Origin: Neisseriales bacterium
GTDB taxonomy: Bacteria > Pseudomonadota > Gammaproteobacteria > Burkholderiales > Q3-R57-64
DNA: 64,000 nt
NCBI GenBank assembly: GCA_016699915.1
Contig: CP064990.1
Coordinates: 732,125-796,124, forward strand
Reading direction: 5' to 3'
Shown: positions 9,753-20,166 of the stretch, in pieces
Position numbering within the stretch: position 1 is the stretch's first letter
How the letters are laid out: each line of letters opens with the position of its first letter
Position numbers and translations under genes: made by a program
The notes under the pieces: generated by a model
The model's database searches: none
The model's input: the letters and a program-made list of their open reading frames with translations, nothing else
What the model was told of the DNA's origin: nothing

Positions 9753-9814
9753 GTAGCTGTTGGTATCTAGTAAGCTATCTGATTGGTTTCTGTATACAAG
9801 ACTCGCTGCGAAGC

Positions 9815-10826
9815 ATGAGAAAACAAAATAGCTCTCTTTATTCGAATAATACAGACCTACTGGCAGCAAGAAGCGATGTAGAAATCGCGAAAATGGAAAC
9901 GCTCACAAATCTTGATCTTTGACTGACTATTTTTATGAAGAAACTATAGGAAAGACAACAGTGTCTTTGGGATAGACCTTTCTTAAATTCCGATGGAAGT
10001 GAGCGCATTAAAAATAGCATATTAAAAATACTAAAATAGTATTTTTATGGATACTAGTATTTTATATCTTATAACTATCTGATTTTTAAATATTTTTTGG
10101 TCTCTGGCAACAGAGTGGGTATTATATGTTGTTGGCGTTATTTTTTTAAACACCGAATTTATATCCTGGTTATATAAGTGCGGAATCCATAATATTAAGT
10201 TTTTGATGGCTGGCCAAAAAAAATAATTACCGAAGTTGCCGAAACTAATGATTTTCAAGTTGATATATTGACGGAAATCGATCGGAGAAACAAACAATTT
10301 CAAAAATATTAAAGAAGCACGTGAAGCTGGATTGGATTTGCCTTATATTGTCATTGTCATGGAGAAACTAGCTAATCTGAGATTATGCAAACCAAATCAG
10401 CTGAGGTCAATATTGTCAGAATTGCATAAATAGGCAGAAGTGTTGGTGTTCATCTTGTTTTATCTACGCAATAACCTGATACTAAAATTTTAGTGGCTTA
10501 TTGCGAAGCAATGCTGCTAGGATAGCCCTATCTGTGCAAAAAAATCAGATTCTAGAATTATTATAGATGAAGTCGAGGACAGAAAAATTGCTTGGCGCTT
10601 GGAATATGTTGGTAAAGCCATAGGCGAGCACAACAGCAATCAGATTACATGGCGTGTTCGTAACAAAATTAGACGTTACACTACGTAATGAAGCAATAAT
10701 GAACAATGTTGAAAGTTATACATCAATACTTTAGTAACCAATAATCAAGTGCTTTTTGTTTTTCTAGTAATCGCTGGAACTACCTTTAGCGAACCCAAAG
10801 GACAGTTCATACTCAATTTGGGCTAA
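9815..10826 (+). pseudogene. ftsK: Eroded FtsK/SpoIIIE-family DNA translocase gene (motor-domain remnant; multiple stops, frameshifts and deletions)
   Basis: Reading across shifting + frames gives these remnants. FtsK equivalents are in parentheses.
- KYFLVSGN..RVGII (PHLLVAGTTGSGKSVGVNA), with the P-loop deleted
- RIYILVI* (VRFIMIDP)
- GWPKKIITEVAETNDF (GIPHLLTEVVTDMKDA)
- EIDRRNKQF (EMERRYKLM)
- LPYIVIVMEKLANL (EPYIVVLVDEFADLMM)
- GVHLVLSTQ*P (GIHLVLATQRPS)
- KKSDSRIIIDE (SKIDSRTILDQ)
- EKLLGAWNML (AESLLGMGDML)
- IRLHGVFV (VRVHGAFV)
- a tail SEPKGQFIL* (SEQGHNGNREVL). Confidence 0.75.
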
Positions 10827-10830
10827 TAAT

Positions 10831-10906
10831 TGGCTCCCTGACCTGGGCTCGAACCAGGGACCTGCGGATTAACAGTCCGTCGCTCTACCAACTGAGCTAT
10901 CAGGGA
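10831..10906 (-). tRNA. tRNA-Asn (anticodon GTT)
   Basis: The reverse complement folds as a cloverleaf: acceptor TCCCTGA/TCAGGGA, D arm GCTC-AGTTGGTA-GAGC, anticodon loop CTGTTAA, T arm CCTGG-TTCGAGC-CCAGG, discriminator G and an encoded CCA; 76 nt. Confidence 0.95.
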
Positions 10907-11003
10907 ATAAACATCAAACTGGTTCGGAATTGTAGCATAAAATTGCTATTTCTTAAGTACGCTCCAACTTAAGTATTTTTGGGTATTGGAAAATGCAACA
11001 GTT

Positions 11004-13019
11004 ATGACAACCATTCAAACTGAGAATCAACCCATTCAAGCTCCCCCATCAACCCTTAATAAATTACACAAATTGGGGCTTCATACCTACTTCGATTTAG
11101 TCTTACATCGCCCCTTGCGTTACGAAAATGAAACCAGCATCTGTCCAATAAAAGACGCACCATTAAGTTACCCTGTTCTGATTGAGGGGATTGTCGAAAA
11201 AAGTGATGTGATGTTTCGACCACGTCGCCAATTAGTCATGCGACTTCGCGATGAGACAAGCGCGCTGACTTTACGCTTTATGCATTTTTATCCAACACAA
11301 GTACTTAAAGTAGGTCAACGTATTCGAGCCTTTGGAGAAATCAGATATAGTTTTTTAGGTAAAGAGATGGTGCATCCCAAACTGCGTGCCGTAAAACCCT
11401 TATCAACCACCCTCACGCCGATTTATCCGGTCGTCAAAGGTTTAACACAATTATCAATCCAACGCCTGATACGACAAGCTTTAGATACGTTATCTTTCAC
11501 CGATACATTGCCAGAAGCTATTCGTATTCCTCTAAAACTCATGAGGCTGGACGAAGCGATACGCATGTTGCACGCCCCTACCAAAATCTCGCTTTTTGAC
11601 ACGCAACCAGCCTTGCAAAGACTCAAATTTGATGAATTGCTAGCGCAACAACTCTTTACGGCTCAAGCAAAACAAAAACGGCAAAACCAACAAACCTACG
11701 CAATTCATGGCAACGGTAAATTACGTGCTGCTTTATATGCAAAACTACCTTTTCAATTAACGGCCTCCCAAAAGCAGGTTTTACAAACCATCGAAAAAGA
11801 TCTTGGTGCGACACAACCCATGCATCGCCTCTTACAAGGTGACGTGGGATGTGGCAAAACGATTGTTGCTGCACAAAGCGCTTTAATTGCAATCGAGGCA
11901 GGGTTTCAAGTAGCTATGATGGTGCCTACCGAAATTCTTGCCGAGCAACATGCTTTTCAATTTCAAGAATGGCTCCACCCGTTGGGATTAACCACTGTTT
12001 GTTTAACGGGTCGCCTAAAAAAGGCTCAAAAAGTAGCAGTCATAGCTCAAATTGAGACGGGTCAAGCTGATTTTGTGATCGGTACTCATACCCTTTTTCA
12101 GGATAAATTGGCCTTTCACCGCTTAGGCTTGATCATCATTGATGAACAGCATCGCTTTGGCGTTATGCAGCGTTTAGCGTTAAAAAATAAAGGCACACAT
12201 GTACACCAACTCATGATGTCCGCTACTCCGATCCCCCGTACTTTAGCCATGAGTTACTTCACGGACATGGATATTTCATCTATTACAGAATTACCCCCCA
12301 ATCGCATGCCAATTCGCACACAACTCATTGATACCACACGTCGCCACCAAGTCATTGAATTTATCCGAGGCGCTTGTCAAAAAAACGAACAAATCTACTG
12401 GGTATGTCCTTTGATTGAAGAATCCGAAGCTTTGGCTTTAAAAACCGCTGCTGCAATTTACCATGAACTTACTTCATCGCTTGCGCCTATTCGTGTCGGG
12501 CTACTGCATGGCAAAATGCTAGCTACTCAAAAAAAGACGGTCATGGAGGATTTTGTGCAAGGCCACCTTCAAGTACTCGTCGCCACCACTATCATTGAAG
12601 TGGGCATTGATGTTGCCAACGCAAGTTTGATGGTCATTGATCACGCCGAACGTTTGGGGCTAGCACAACTACATCAACTACGCGGCAGAATTGGGCGTGG
12701 AACACGTCCTAGTCGCTGCTTGTTGCTCTTTCAAAAGCCCTTAACCAAAACAGCCAAAGCACGATTAGAAGCAATCTATAAAGAACAAGATGGCTTTAAG
12801 ATTGCTGAAGAAGACCTTAAAATTCGTGGGCATGGCGAATTATTGGGTGAGCGGCAAAGCGGTCTTCCTTTATTTCGCTTCGCAAATATTATGAAAGACA
12901 AAATTTTACTTGCCGAAGCTCACCGCGAGGCTCAGACTTTGTTATCTAAATGGCCAGTGCTTGCCAAGACCCACCTAAAAAGATGGATAGAAGGCACCAT
13001 TGACTTTTTGGAGGTTTAA
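11004..13019 (+). CDS. recG: ATP-dependent DNA helicase RecG
   Basis: Walker A GDVGCGKT, DEQH box (IIIDEQHRFG), motif VI QLHQLRGRIGRG. Start placed at the first in-frame ATG (the track uses an upstream TTG at 10986). Confidence 0.93.
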   Translation: MTTIQTENQPIQAPPSTLNKLHKLGLHTYFDLVLHRPLRYENETSICPIKDAPLSYPVLIEGIVEKSDVMFRPRRQLVMRLRDETSALTLRFMHFYPTQVLKVGQRIRAFGEIRYSFLGKEMVHPKLRAVKPLSTTLTPIYPVVKGLTQLSIQRLIRQALDTLSFTDTLPEAIRIPLKLMRLDEAIRMLHAPTKISLFDTQPALQRLKFDELLAQQLFTAQAKQKRQNQQTYAIHGNGKLRAALYAKLPFQLTASQKQVLQTIEKDLGATQPMHRLLQGDVGCGKTIVAAQSALIAIEAGFQVAMMVPTEILAEQHAFQFQEWLHPLGLTTVCLTGRLKKAQKVAVIAQIETGQADFVIGTHTLFQDKLAFHRLGLIIIDEQHRFGVMQRLALKNKGTHVHQLMMSATPIPRTLAMSYFTDMDISSITELPPNRMPIRTQLIDTTRRHQVIEFIRGACQKNEQIYWVCPLIEESEALALKTAAAIYHELTSSLAPIRVGLLHGKMLATQKKTVMEDFVQGHLQVLVATTIIEVGIDVANASLMVIDHAERLGLAQLHQLRGRIGRGTRPSRCLLLFQKPLTKTAKARLEAIYKEQDGFKIAEEDLKIRGHGELLGERQSGLPLFRFANIMKDKILLAEAHREAQTLLSKWPVLAKTHLKRWIEGTIDFLEV

Positions 13020-13030
13020 ATCTGGCGGAT

Positions 13031-13852
13031 TTAAAAACGCCGTTGAATACCTGTTTGATGAATAATTTTAGCTGAAATTTCCTCAATAGAGCGGTGTGTT
13101 GTGCTGATAAAAGGCAGATCATGCTTGCGAAACATACTCTCAGCACGACCCACTTCAAAATGGCAATTATCCAAACTGGCGTAGTGCGAATTGGAACGTC
13201 GTTCGTTACGAATATGATGAAGTCGGTTCGGATCAATCGTCAAACCAAATAGTTTACGCAAATGAGGCATCAGCGAATGAGGAAGCGCTGCGCTTTGTAA
13301 ATCTTCCGGTGTCAGCGGGTAATTGGCCGCATTAATTCCGTATTGCAAGGCTAAATATAGACAGGTTGGCGTTTTACCGGAACGCGAAACGCCAACCAAA
13401 ATCACATCGGCTTCATCTAAATCTTTTAAGGTAATACCGTCATCATGATTAAGCGAAAAATTAATTGCCTGAATGCGATGATCATAAACTGATTCATCAG
13501 CTACGCTATGCGTAAGACCAACATGAAGCGTTGCGTTCTGCCTTAATTCTTCCTCAATGCGACCAATAAATGATTCAAAAAAATCAATGCACAGCGCATA
13601 ATCAACCTTAAATAAGAGCCGCACACTTTTATCGACAATACTAGAAAATACCAATGGGCGAAATTGATCAGCAAGGCTACATGCATAAATTTTTGCTATC
13701 ACTTCGGATGCTTTTTCTTTGGAATCAACGAAGGGAATCGTTTCGCGCTGAAACTCAAAGGTATTGAATTGCGTTAGTAACATATTCCCCAACGATTCGG
13801 CAGTAATACATGTTCTATCTGACACAAAAAATACTGAGCGCCGATAAGTCAT
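13031..13852 (-). CDS. ppsR: Phosphoenolpyruvate synthase regulatory protein (pyruvate, water dikinase kinase/phosphotransferase, DUF299)
   Basis: 273 aa with the P-loop GVSRSGKTP. Divergent from ppsA, the conserved arrangement. Confidence 0.9.
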   Translation of the reverse strand: MTYRRSVFFVSDRTCITAESLGNMLLTQFNTFEFQRETIPFVDSKEKASEVIAKIYACSLADQFRPLVFSSIVDKSVRLLFKVDYALCIDFFESFIGRIEEELRQNATLHVGLTHSVADESVYDHRIQAINFSLNHDDGITLKDLDEADVILVGVSRSGKTPTCLYLALQYGINAANYPLTPEDLQSAALPHSLMPHLRKLFGLTIDPNRLHHIRNERRSNSHYASLDNCHFEVGRAESMFRKHDLPFISTTHRSIEEISAKIIHQTGIQRRF

Positions 13853-13990
13853 TGATCCTCCTTACCATCCATTGAATAATCAAGCACTGATTATAAAGTG
13901 GAATGATATTTGTTCGCATAATTTATAGGATTCGTCTAGAATAATAGCAATCAACGCCCAATCATTTTAATCGCATATGAAAGTATCATT

Positions 13991-16375
13991 ATGGCAGATT
14001 TCATCCTCTGGCTAAGTCAATTACGCGCCACCGATACACAAAAGGTAGGTGGAAAAAATTCTTCGCTGGGTGAAATGATTAGCCAGCTTGCTAAGCGTGG
14101 TGTAAAGGTACCGGATGGCTTTGCAACAACTGCCCAAGCTTTTGAAGCATTTTTAGCACAAAATCATTTGGATCAACGCATCCAAGAAGTCTTATCTAAC
14201 TTGGATGTTGATGATATTGCAGCACTGAATGCGAAAGGCAAAACTATTAGACAATGGATACTTGACACCCCCTTTCCTGAAGCATTAGAAAATGCGATTG
14301 ATCAAGCTTGGCAACGCTTAGTAAATGAAACAGATAACGCAAATATCGCTGTGGCTGTACGCTCTTCGGCAACTGCAGAAGATTTACCCGATGCTTCTTT
14401 TGCTGGTCAACAAGAAACTTTTTTAAATATTCGTGGCTTAATGAATGTTAAAGAAGCCATCAAACATGTCTTCGCATCGCTTTACAATGATCGAGCAATC
14501 GCCTACCGCATTCACCAAGGATTTGAACATAGTCATGTTGCCATCTCGGCAGGCATACAACGCATGGTACGTTCCGATTTAGCAGCATCCGGTGTCATGT
14601 TTACGCTAGATACTGAATCCGGGTTTCAGGAAGTGGTCTTTATCACCGCTTCGTATGGATTAGGCGAAACCGTTGTGCAAGGTTCTGTCAATCCGGATGA
14701 ATTTTATGTGCATAAGCACACACTAGAAAAAGATTGTCCTGCTATCTTGCGTAAAACAATCGGCACAAAACTCACGCAAATGATTTTTTCTAAAACCGCC
14801 AGGGTTGGTCACTCTGTTGAAGTGGTAGATGTGCCTGTAGCCGATCAACAACGTTTTTGTATTACCGAAAACGAAATTGAAACCTTGGCACGCTATGCAC
14901 TCATCATCGAAAAACATTACGGATGCCCCATGGATATCGAATGGGGCAAAGATGGTGAAGATGGGCAAATTTATATTTTGCAAGCACGTCCAGAAACCGT
15001 CAAATCACGCCAACAATACACTGATGTCTTACGACGCTATCAACTTAAAAATCACTCACAAGTTCTAGTAGAGGGTCGAGCCATTGGTCAGAAGATTGGC
15101 CAAGGCACGGTTCGCGTGCTACGCGATATTAACCAAATGGCCACTTTAAAATCTGGTGATATTTTAGTGACAGGTATGACCGATCCGGATTGGGAACCTA
15201 TCATGAAGCGTGCTGCAGCAATCATCACAGATCGTGGCGGACGCACTTGTCATGCCGCCATTATTGCGCGCGAATTAGGTATTCCAGCAGTATTGGGTTG
15301 TGGCAACGCCACCCAACGACTCAAAGACGGCGAATCGGTTACGGTAAGCTGTGCCGAGGGAGATGTTGGTAAAGTCTATCAAGGACTCTTGGATATTGAT
15401 GTTGTAGAGGTGACACTTAACCAAATGCCCGCTGTACCCGTTAAATTAACGCTGAACATGGCTAACCCCGAGTTAGCTTTCGAGTTCTGTCAATTGCCTC
15501 ATGAAGGCGCAGGGCTCGTGCGTATCGAATTTATGATTGCTCGTCAAATCGGTATTCACCCCAATGCTTTACTGGATTTTGAGCAATTGCCATCGGATCT
15601 TCAAGCAGCAATTAGCGCACGTATTATTGGCTACGAAAACCCCACAGAATTTTATGTGAAAAAATTAACCGAGGGTATTGCCACCATTGCTGCGGCAATG
15701 TGGCCTAAACCTGTCATTGTCCGCTGCTCAGATTTTAAAACCAATGAGTATGTTAATTTGCTCGCTGGTAATCGTTATGAACCCCATGAAGAAAACCCTA
15801 TGATTGGATTCCGTGGAGCAGCCCGCTATCTGTCACCTGCTTTTCGACCTTGTTTTGAGATGGAATGCCGTGCCTTAAAATATGTACGCGACACCATGTG
15901 CTTGACCAATGTACAAATCATGATTCCTTTTGTGCGTTCGGTTAAAGAAGCCACGCAAGTCATTGAACTACTTGCCAAGAATGGTCTAGTGCGGGGTGAG
16001 AATGATTTAAAACTGATTATGATGTGTGAGATACCAACCAATGCCCTCCTCGCCGAACAATTCTTAGCACACTTTGATGGCTTTTCAATTGGCTCAAATG
16101 ATATGACACAGCTTGCGCTCGGTATTGATAGGGATAGCGGCAGCGCCATCGCAGCGAGTTTTGATGAGCGCGATGATGGGGTTAAAGCCTTGTTACATAT
16201 GGCCATCCAAGCATGTAAACAGCATCAAAAATATGTGGGTATTTGTGGTCAAGGTCCTTCTGATCATCCTGATATGGCCAAATGGCTTGTCGAAGAAGGT
16301 ATTGATACGATCTCACTGAACCCTGATACTGTTATCAAGACTTGGTTGTATCTGGCTGATACGTTTAAAAAATAG
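13991..16375 (+). CDS. ppsA: Phosphoenolpyruvate synthase
   Basis: 794 aa with the phosphohistidine swivel motif GGRTCHAAIIARELGIPAV and a C-terminal PEP-utilising TIM barrel (..GSNDMTQL..). Confidence 0.96.
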   Translation: MADFILWLSQLRATDTQKVGGKNSSLGEMISQLAKRGVKVPDGFATTAQAFEAFLAQNHLDQRIQEVLSNLDVDDIAALNAKGKTIRQWILDTPFPEALENAIDQAWQRLVNETDNANIAVAVRSSATAEDLPDASFAGQQETFLNIRGLMNVKEAIKHVFASLYNDRAIAYRIHQGFEHSHVAISAGIQRMVRSDLAASGVMFTLDTESGFQEVVFITASYGLGETVVQGSVNPDEFYVHKHTLEKDCPAILRKTIGTKLTQMIFSKTARVGHSVEVVDVPVADQQRFCITENEIETLARYALIIEKHYGCPMDIEWGKDGEDGQIYILQARPETVKSRQQYTDVLRRYQLKNHSQVLVEGRAIGQKIGQGTVRVLRDINQMATLKSGDILVTGMTDPDWEPIMKRAAAIITDRGGRTCHAAIIARELGIPAVLGCGNATQRLKDGESVTVSCAEGDVGKVYQGLLDIDVVEVTLNQMPAVPVKLTLNMANPELAFEFCQLPHEGAGLVRIEFMIARQIGIHPNALLDFEQLPSDLQAAISARIIGYENPTEFYVKKLTEGIATIAAAMWPKPVIVRCSDFKTNEYVNLLAGNRYEPHEENPMIGFRGAARYLSPAFRPCFEMECRALKYVRDTMCLTNVQIMIPFVRSVKEATQVIELLAKNGLVRGENDLKLIMMCEIPTNALLAEQFLAHFDGFSIGSNDMTQLALGIDRDSGSAIAASFDERDDGVKALLHMAIQACKQHQKYVGICGQGPSDHPDMAKWLVEEGIDTISLNPDTVIKTWLYLADTFKK

Positions 16376-16449
16376 TCTCGTTCACCCTTCTCAGGGCTTA
16401 GGAAAATAGGAAGTAGTCTTTGTGACGTGATGGGTAGCTGGTATATAGC

Positions 16450-17628
16450 ATGCTTAACGATGCTGCATCAACAAAAAAAATAACCAAATCCGTCACGCTT
16501 TTAAGTGCTGGCACCAATACACTACTAAGTATTGCGCAGGTAGTTACGGGTTACTTTGCACACTCAAGCGCTTTGGTCGCAGATGGTATACACACGCTGT
16601 CAGATTTAGCAGCTGATCTAGCTATCCTCTTTGTCAACCGTAAAAGCCATGAAGCCGCTGATGCAGAGCATCCTTACGGCCATGCGCGTTTTGAAAATGC
16701 CGCTTCCTTAATTTTTGGTTTGTTGTTAAGTGTGGTAGGGTTAGGCATCCTTGTCTCAGCCATCACCAAATTAACCGTACTCACTACGATTCCTGTAGTG
16801 CACCAATTTGCTTTAGTTGTAACACTCCTCTCTCTTGTTACCAAAGAAGCCCTGTTTCGATACATTCGTGCCATAGCCAAACGAACCCATTCGGCTTTAT
16901 TGGAAATTAATGCTTGGCATGCTAGATCCGATGCTGCTGCTTCATTAGTCGTGATATGTGGTATTGTGGGTAATTTGGCCGGGTATCCTTTTTTGGATCC
17001 CATTGCGGCCTTATTAGTCAGTGCCATGATTTTTAAAGCAGGTTTTCAGATGGCTAAAAGTGGATTTGCAGATTTAACGGATCACGCTCTACCACCAAAA
17101 GAAATGGACGCTATTAAAGCTATCTTGGCAGCGGTACCAGGCATTAGATCTATCCACAATTTACGTTCGCGTCGCACCGGAAGTTATGCAGTGATTGATG
17201 CGCACATTGAAGTCGATCCGCGTATTAGTGTCACGGAAGGCCATTACATTGCGTTAACTGCAGAGCGACATATTCAAGCAGCTTTTGCTGCCCATGATAT
17301 TTTAATTCATGTTGATCCTTACGATGAAGAACGTAGCATGGGTTCTAACTTGCCCCAGAGACCAGAGATCGACGCTCTGCTTACACCAATCTTACAACGT
17401 TACCAGCAACAACATTACTCCTATGTTCTGCACTATGTTGACCATATAGTTGAAATTATGGTTATTCTTGCCCAACCTCTTACAGCATCCCAACAAGTAG
17501 CCTTAGAACATAATTTATTAGAGGCTCTACCGCCATCTACTCGTTTACAATTGTTGTGGCATAAACCTTTCAAGACAAGGCTAAAATCCCCTAAAACCAA
17601 TTTTGCTAAAGACAAGAAAGTGTCTTGA
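16450..17628 (+). CDS. Cation diffusion facilitator family transporter with extended C-terminus
   Basis: CDF signature ...ALVADGIHTLSDLAADL...HPYGHARFE..., six TM segments and a cytoplasmic CTD, followed by about 95 extra residues. Confidence 0.85.
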   Translation: MLNDAASTKKITKSVTLLSAGTNTLLSIAQVVTGYFAHSSALVADGIHTLSDLAADLAILFVNRKSHEAADAEHPYGHARFENAASLIFGLLLSVVGLGILVSAITKLTVLTTIPVVHQFALVVTLLSLVTKEALFRYIRAIAKRTHSALLEINAWHARSDAAASLVVICGIVGNLAGYPFLDPIAALLVSAMIFKAGFQMAKSGFADLTDHALPPKEMDAIKAILAAVPGIRSIHNLRSRRTGSYAVIDAHIEVDPRISVTEGHYIALTAERHIQAAFAAHDILIHVDPYDEERSMGSNLPQRPEIDALLTPILQRYQQQHYSYVLHYVDHIVEIMVILAQPLTASQQVALEHNLLEALPPSTRLQLLWHKPFKTRLKSPKTNFAKDKKVS

Positions 17629-17630
17629 TG

Positions 17631-18401
17631 ATGAATATCGCAACGTGGAATGTGAATTCGCTCAATGTTCGACTTACGCATCTTATCAAATGGTTGCAAG
17701 AAACACCCGTTGATGTTTTAGCATTGCAAGAGCTTAAGTTAAACCAAGATCAGTTTCCTAGAGAAACACTTTTAGCATCGGGTTATCAGGCTGTTTGGTT
17801 CGGCCAGAAAACCTATAACGGCGTTGCTTTATTGGCTAAGTCACCGATTGTGCCCACAGATGTCACATTCGGTATACCGGGTTATGAGGATCCACAACGT
17901 CGCGTGATTGCAGCAACCATTGAAGGCATTCGCTTTATCAGCGTCTACTGCGTGAATGGTGAGTCGCTTATGTCGGAAAAATTCCGCTATAAACTCACCT
18001 GGTTTGAAGCGTTACTTGGTTATATCCAAACCGCTTTAGCGCAATACCCGCTTCTTGTAGTAATGGGAGATTTTAATATTGCGCCTCAAGCGATTGATAC
18101 CTATGACCCGCTGTTATGGCAAAACCGCGTTATCTGCTCAAAAGAAGAGCGCGAGTTGTTCCAACGCTTATTAAGCTATGGACTCTATGATAGTTTACGT
18201 ACTTTGTATCCTGATCAAGCACTTTATAGTTGGTGGGATTATCGTGCTGGCATGTTTAGGCACAATTACGGTTTACGCATTGACCATATTTTGGTTTCTC
18301 ATGCCTTATGGCCACGGGTAACAAAAGGGGCGGTTGATGCTGTGCCACGTGGGTGGGAACGCCCGTCAGACCATACCCCCGTTATGCTCGCACTTAAATA
18401 A
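17631..18401 (+). CDS. xthA: Exodeoxyribonuclease III
   Basis: MNIATWNVNSLNVRL...; C-terminal RIDHILVS...PSDHTPV motifs of the EEP/AP-endonuclease fold. The start could be 17628 or 17631 (tandem ATGs). Confidence 0.92.
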   Translation: MNIATWNVNSLNVRLTHLIKWLQETPVDVLALQELKLNQDQFPRETLLASGYQAVWFGQKTYNGVALLAKSPIVPTDVTFGIPGYEDPQRRVIAATIEGIRFISVYCVNGESLMSEKFRYKLTWFEALLGYIQTALAQYPLLVVMGDFNIAPQAIDTYDPLLWQNRVICSKEERELFQRLLSYGLYDSLRTLYPDQALYSWWDYRAGMFRHNYGLRIDHILVSHALWPRVTKGAVDAVPRGWERPSDHTPVMLALK

Positions 18402-18692
18402 CAAAACACAACGTACTCAATAATTGAATTAGAATCAACGGAGTATAGAACAGAGTGTAGACTTAGTTGACACATGAAATTGTGAAAATTTAATAACTCT
18501 CTAGTCAATAATCCTTGTGGTATTTTTCAATTCTAGACCTCAATCTATTGCCGTTTCTTAAGTCGTTGACTTTCGGCTAAAAAACGATAGGGGATCCGAA
18601 ATAAGTGCCTCATTTTGTGAGTTACTAAATCGTACTTTTATCTTTAATACAAATAAGAGGTGTGTAAACTTATTTACTGATTAGCCCTTTCG

Positions 18693-20012
18693 TTAAGCTT
18701 GCGTCACCTTGGTTACGGGCAACAAGTAGCGTCCTCTAGTATCCACAATATGTGTGGCGTGCTGCAAAATTAACTCATAATCAAATGCATCATGATCCGT
18801 CAATAACAAGACACAATCATAAGTAGCAATCACTTGCGGTGTCAGGGCAATACTCGCCAAATCCAAGTGGTGACTTCGCATTTTAGGAAAAGCAGGAATA
18901 AAGGGATCACTATAGTCAACTCGAGCCCCTAAAGTCTGTAGTTTTTCAATAATCACAACTGATGGGCTCTCGCGCATATCATCCACATTCTTCTTATAAG
19001 CAATCCCCAATACGAGTAATCGACTACCCTTCAAAGCCTTACCTTGCCCATTTAACGCCAACCAAGTTTTTTGTACAACAAAATCAGGCATGCTCGCATT
19101 GACTTCCCCAGCTAGTTCAATAAAACGCGTATTTAACCCATACTCCCTTGCCTTCCATGTCAAATAAAAAGGATCAATAGGAATACAATGCCCACCTAAA
19201 CCTGGTCCAGGATAATAGGGCACAAAACCAAATGGTTTGGTTGCTGCTGCACGAATCACTTCATAAATATCAATACCCATCCTATCGGCTACAACCTTCA
19301 TTTCGTTGACTAAGCCAATATTCACTGCGCGATGAATATTTTCCAAAAGTTTAGTCATTTCAGCTGCACGGGTAGAGGACATAGATACCACTTCATCAAT
19401 AATACTGCTGTATAACGCTACACCGACTTCTAAACAATCGGAGGTATAGCCACCACAAATTTTAGGAATCGTGCGGGTTGTAAAATGGGGGTTACAAGGA
19501 TCTTCACGCTCAGGCGAAAACACTAAATATATTTCCCTACCTACCCCTAACCCTGTTGAAGCAATACGCGGCAAAAGGATTTCCTCTGTAGTGCCCGGAT
19601 AGGTCGTTGATTCTAACGAGACAATTTGACTGGATCTTAAAAAGGGAACCAGCGCATCCACCGTATTGATCACATAGGATAAATCAGGTTCACGTTGTTG
19701 ATTTAAAGGGGTTGGAACACAAATAATTAAAGCATCAGCTTGCGCTGCTTGGGCAAAATCAAAAGTAGCACGAAAGCCATTTTGGTAGGCCTCTTGGATC
19801 ACTTCCGGTGCAATATGCCGTATGTAAGAGCGTCCAGCATTTAAAGTAGCAACCTTATGCTGATCAATATCAAAACCGAGTACTAAAAACCCTTCTTCCG
19901 TAAAGCGCTGCACCAAAGGCAAACCCACATAGCCTAATCCCACAATTCCGATACAAGCTTGGCGTGTCTGAATTTTAGATAACAATACTTCTTTTTCTTG
20001 GGTCTGCATCAT
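18693..20012 (-). CDS. Nucleotide-sugar (UDP-N-acetyl-hexosamine type) dehydrogenase, WecC/WbpA/TviB-like
   Basis: 439 aa with the N-terminal Rossmann motif [12 protein letters not shown] and catalytic-Cys region [11 protein letters not shown]. No partner epimerase or glycosyltransferase nearby. Confidence 0.85.
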   Translation of the reverse strand: MMQTQEKEVLLSKIQTRQACIGIVGLGYVGLPLVQRFTEEGFLVLGFDIDQHKVATLNAGRSYIRHIAPEVIQEAYQNGFRATFDFAQAAQADALIICVPTPLNQQREPDLSYVINTVDALVPFLRSSQIVSLESTTYPGTTEEILLPRIASTGLGVGREIYLVFSPEREDPCNPHFTTRTIPKICGGYTSDCLEVGVALYSSIIDEVVSMSSTRAAEMTKLLENIHRAVNIGLVNEMKVVADRMGIDIYEVIRAAATKPFGFVPYYPGPGLGGHCIPIDPFYLTWKAREYGLNTRFIELAGEVNASMPDFVVQKTWLALNGQGKALKGSRLLVLGIAYKKNVDDMRESPSVVIIEKLQTLGARVDYSDPFIPAFPKMRSHHLDLASIALTPQVIATYDCVLLLTDHDAFDYELILQHATHIVDTRGRYLLPVTKVTQA

Positions 20013-20166
20013 CCATTCGCTTTATGGTAGTTAAGAATTTTATGGATCCGAGCTACATTTTTTTACGCACGCTTGCAACAAGAACTTTGGTAAAATAAAC
20101 GCTTGAGTTTATTCACCAACTGGGCGCTTCAAAAAAGCTCTAAAGCGGGTAAGTATATAACAAACC

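Noticed and set aside
9339-10303. Minus-strand ORFs of 60-90 aa (9339-9593, 9538-9723, 9687-9869, 9838-10020, 10031-10303) in the accessory interval.
   Set aside because: These are AT-rich, low-complexity translations. They lie antisense to the Cys-rich cassette and terminator or to the ftsK-like remnant, and have no recognisable motifs or start context. They are treated as shadow ORFs.
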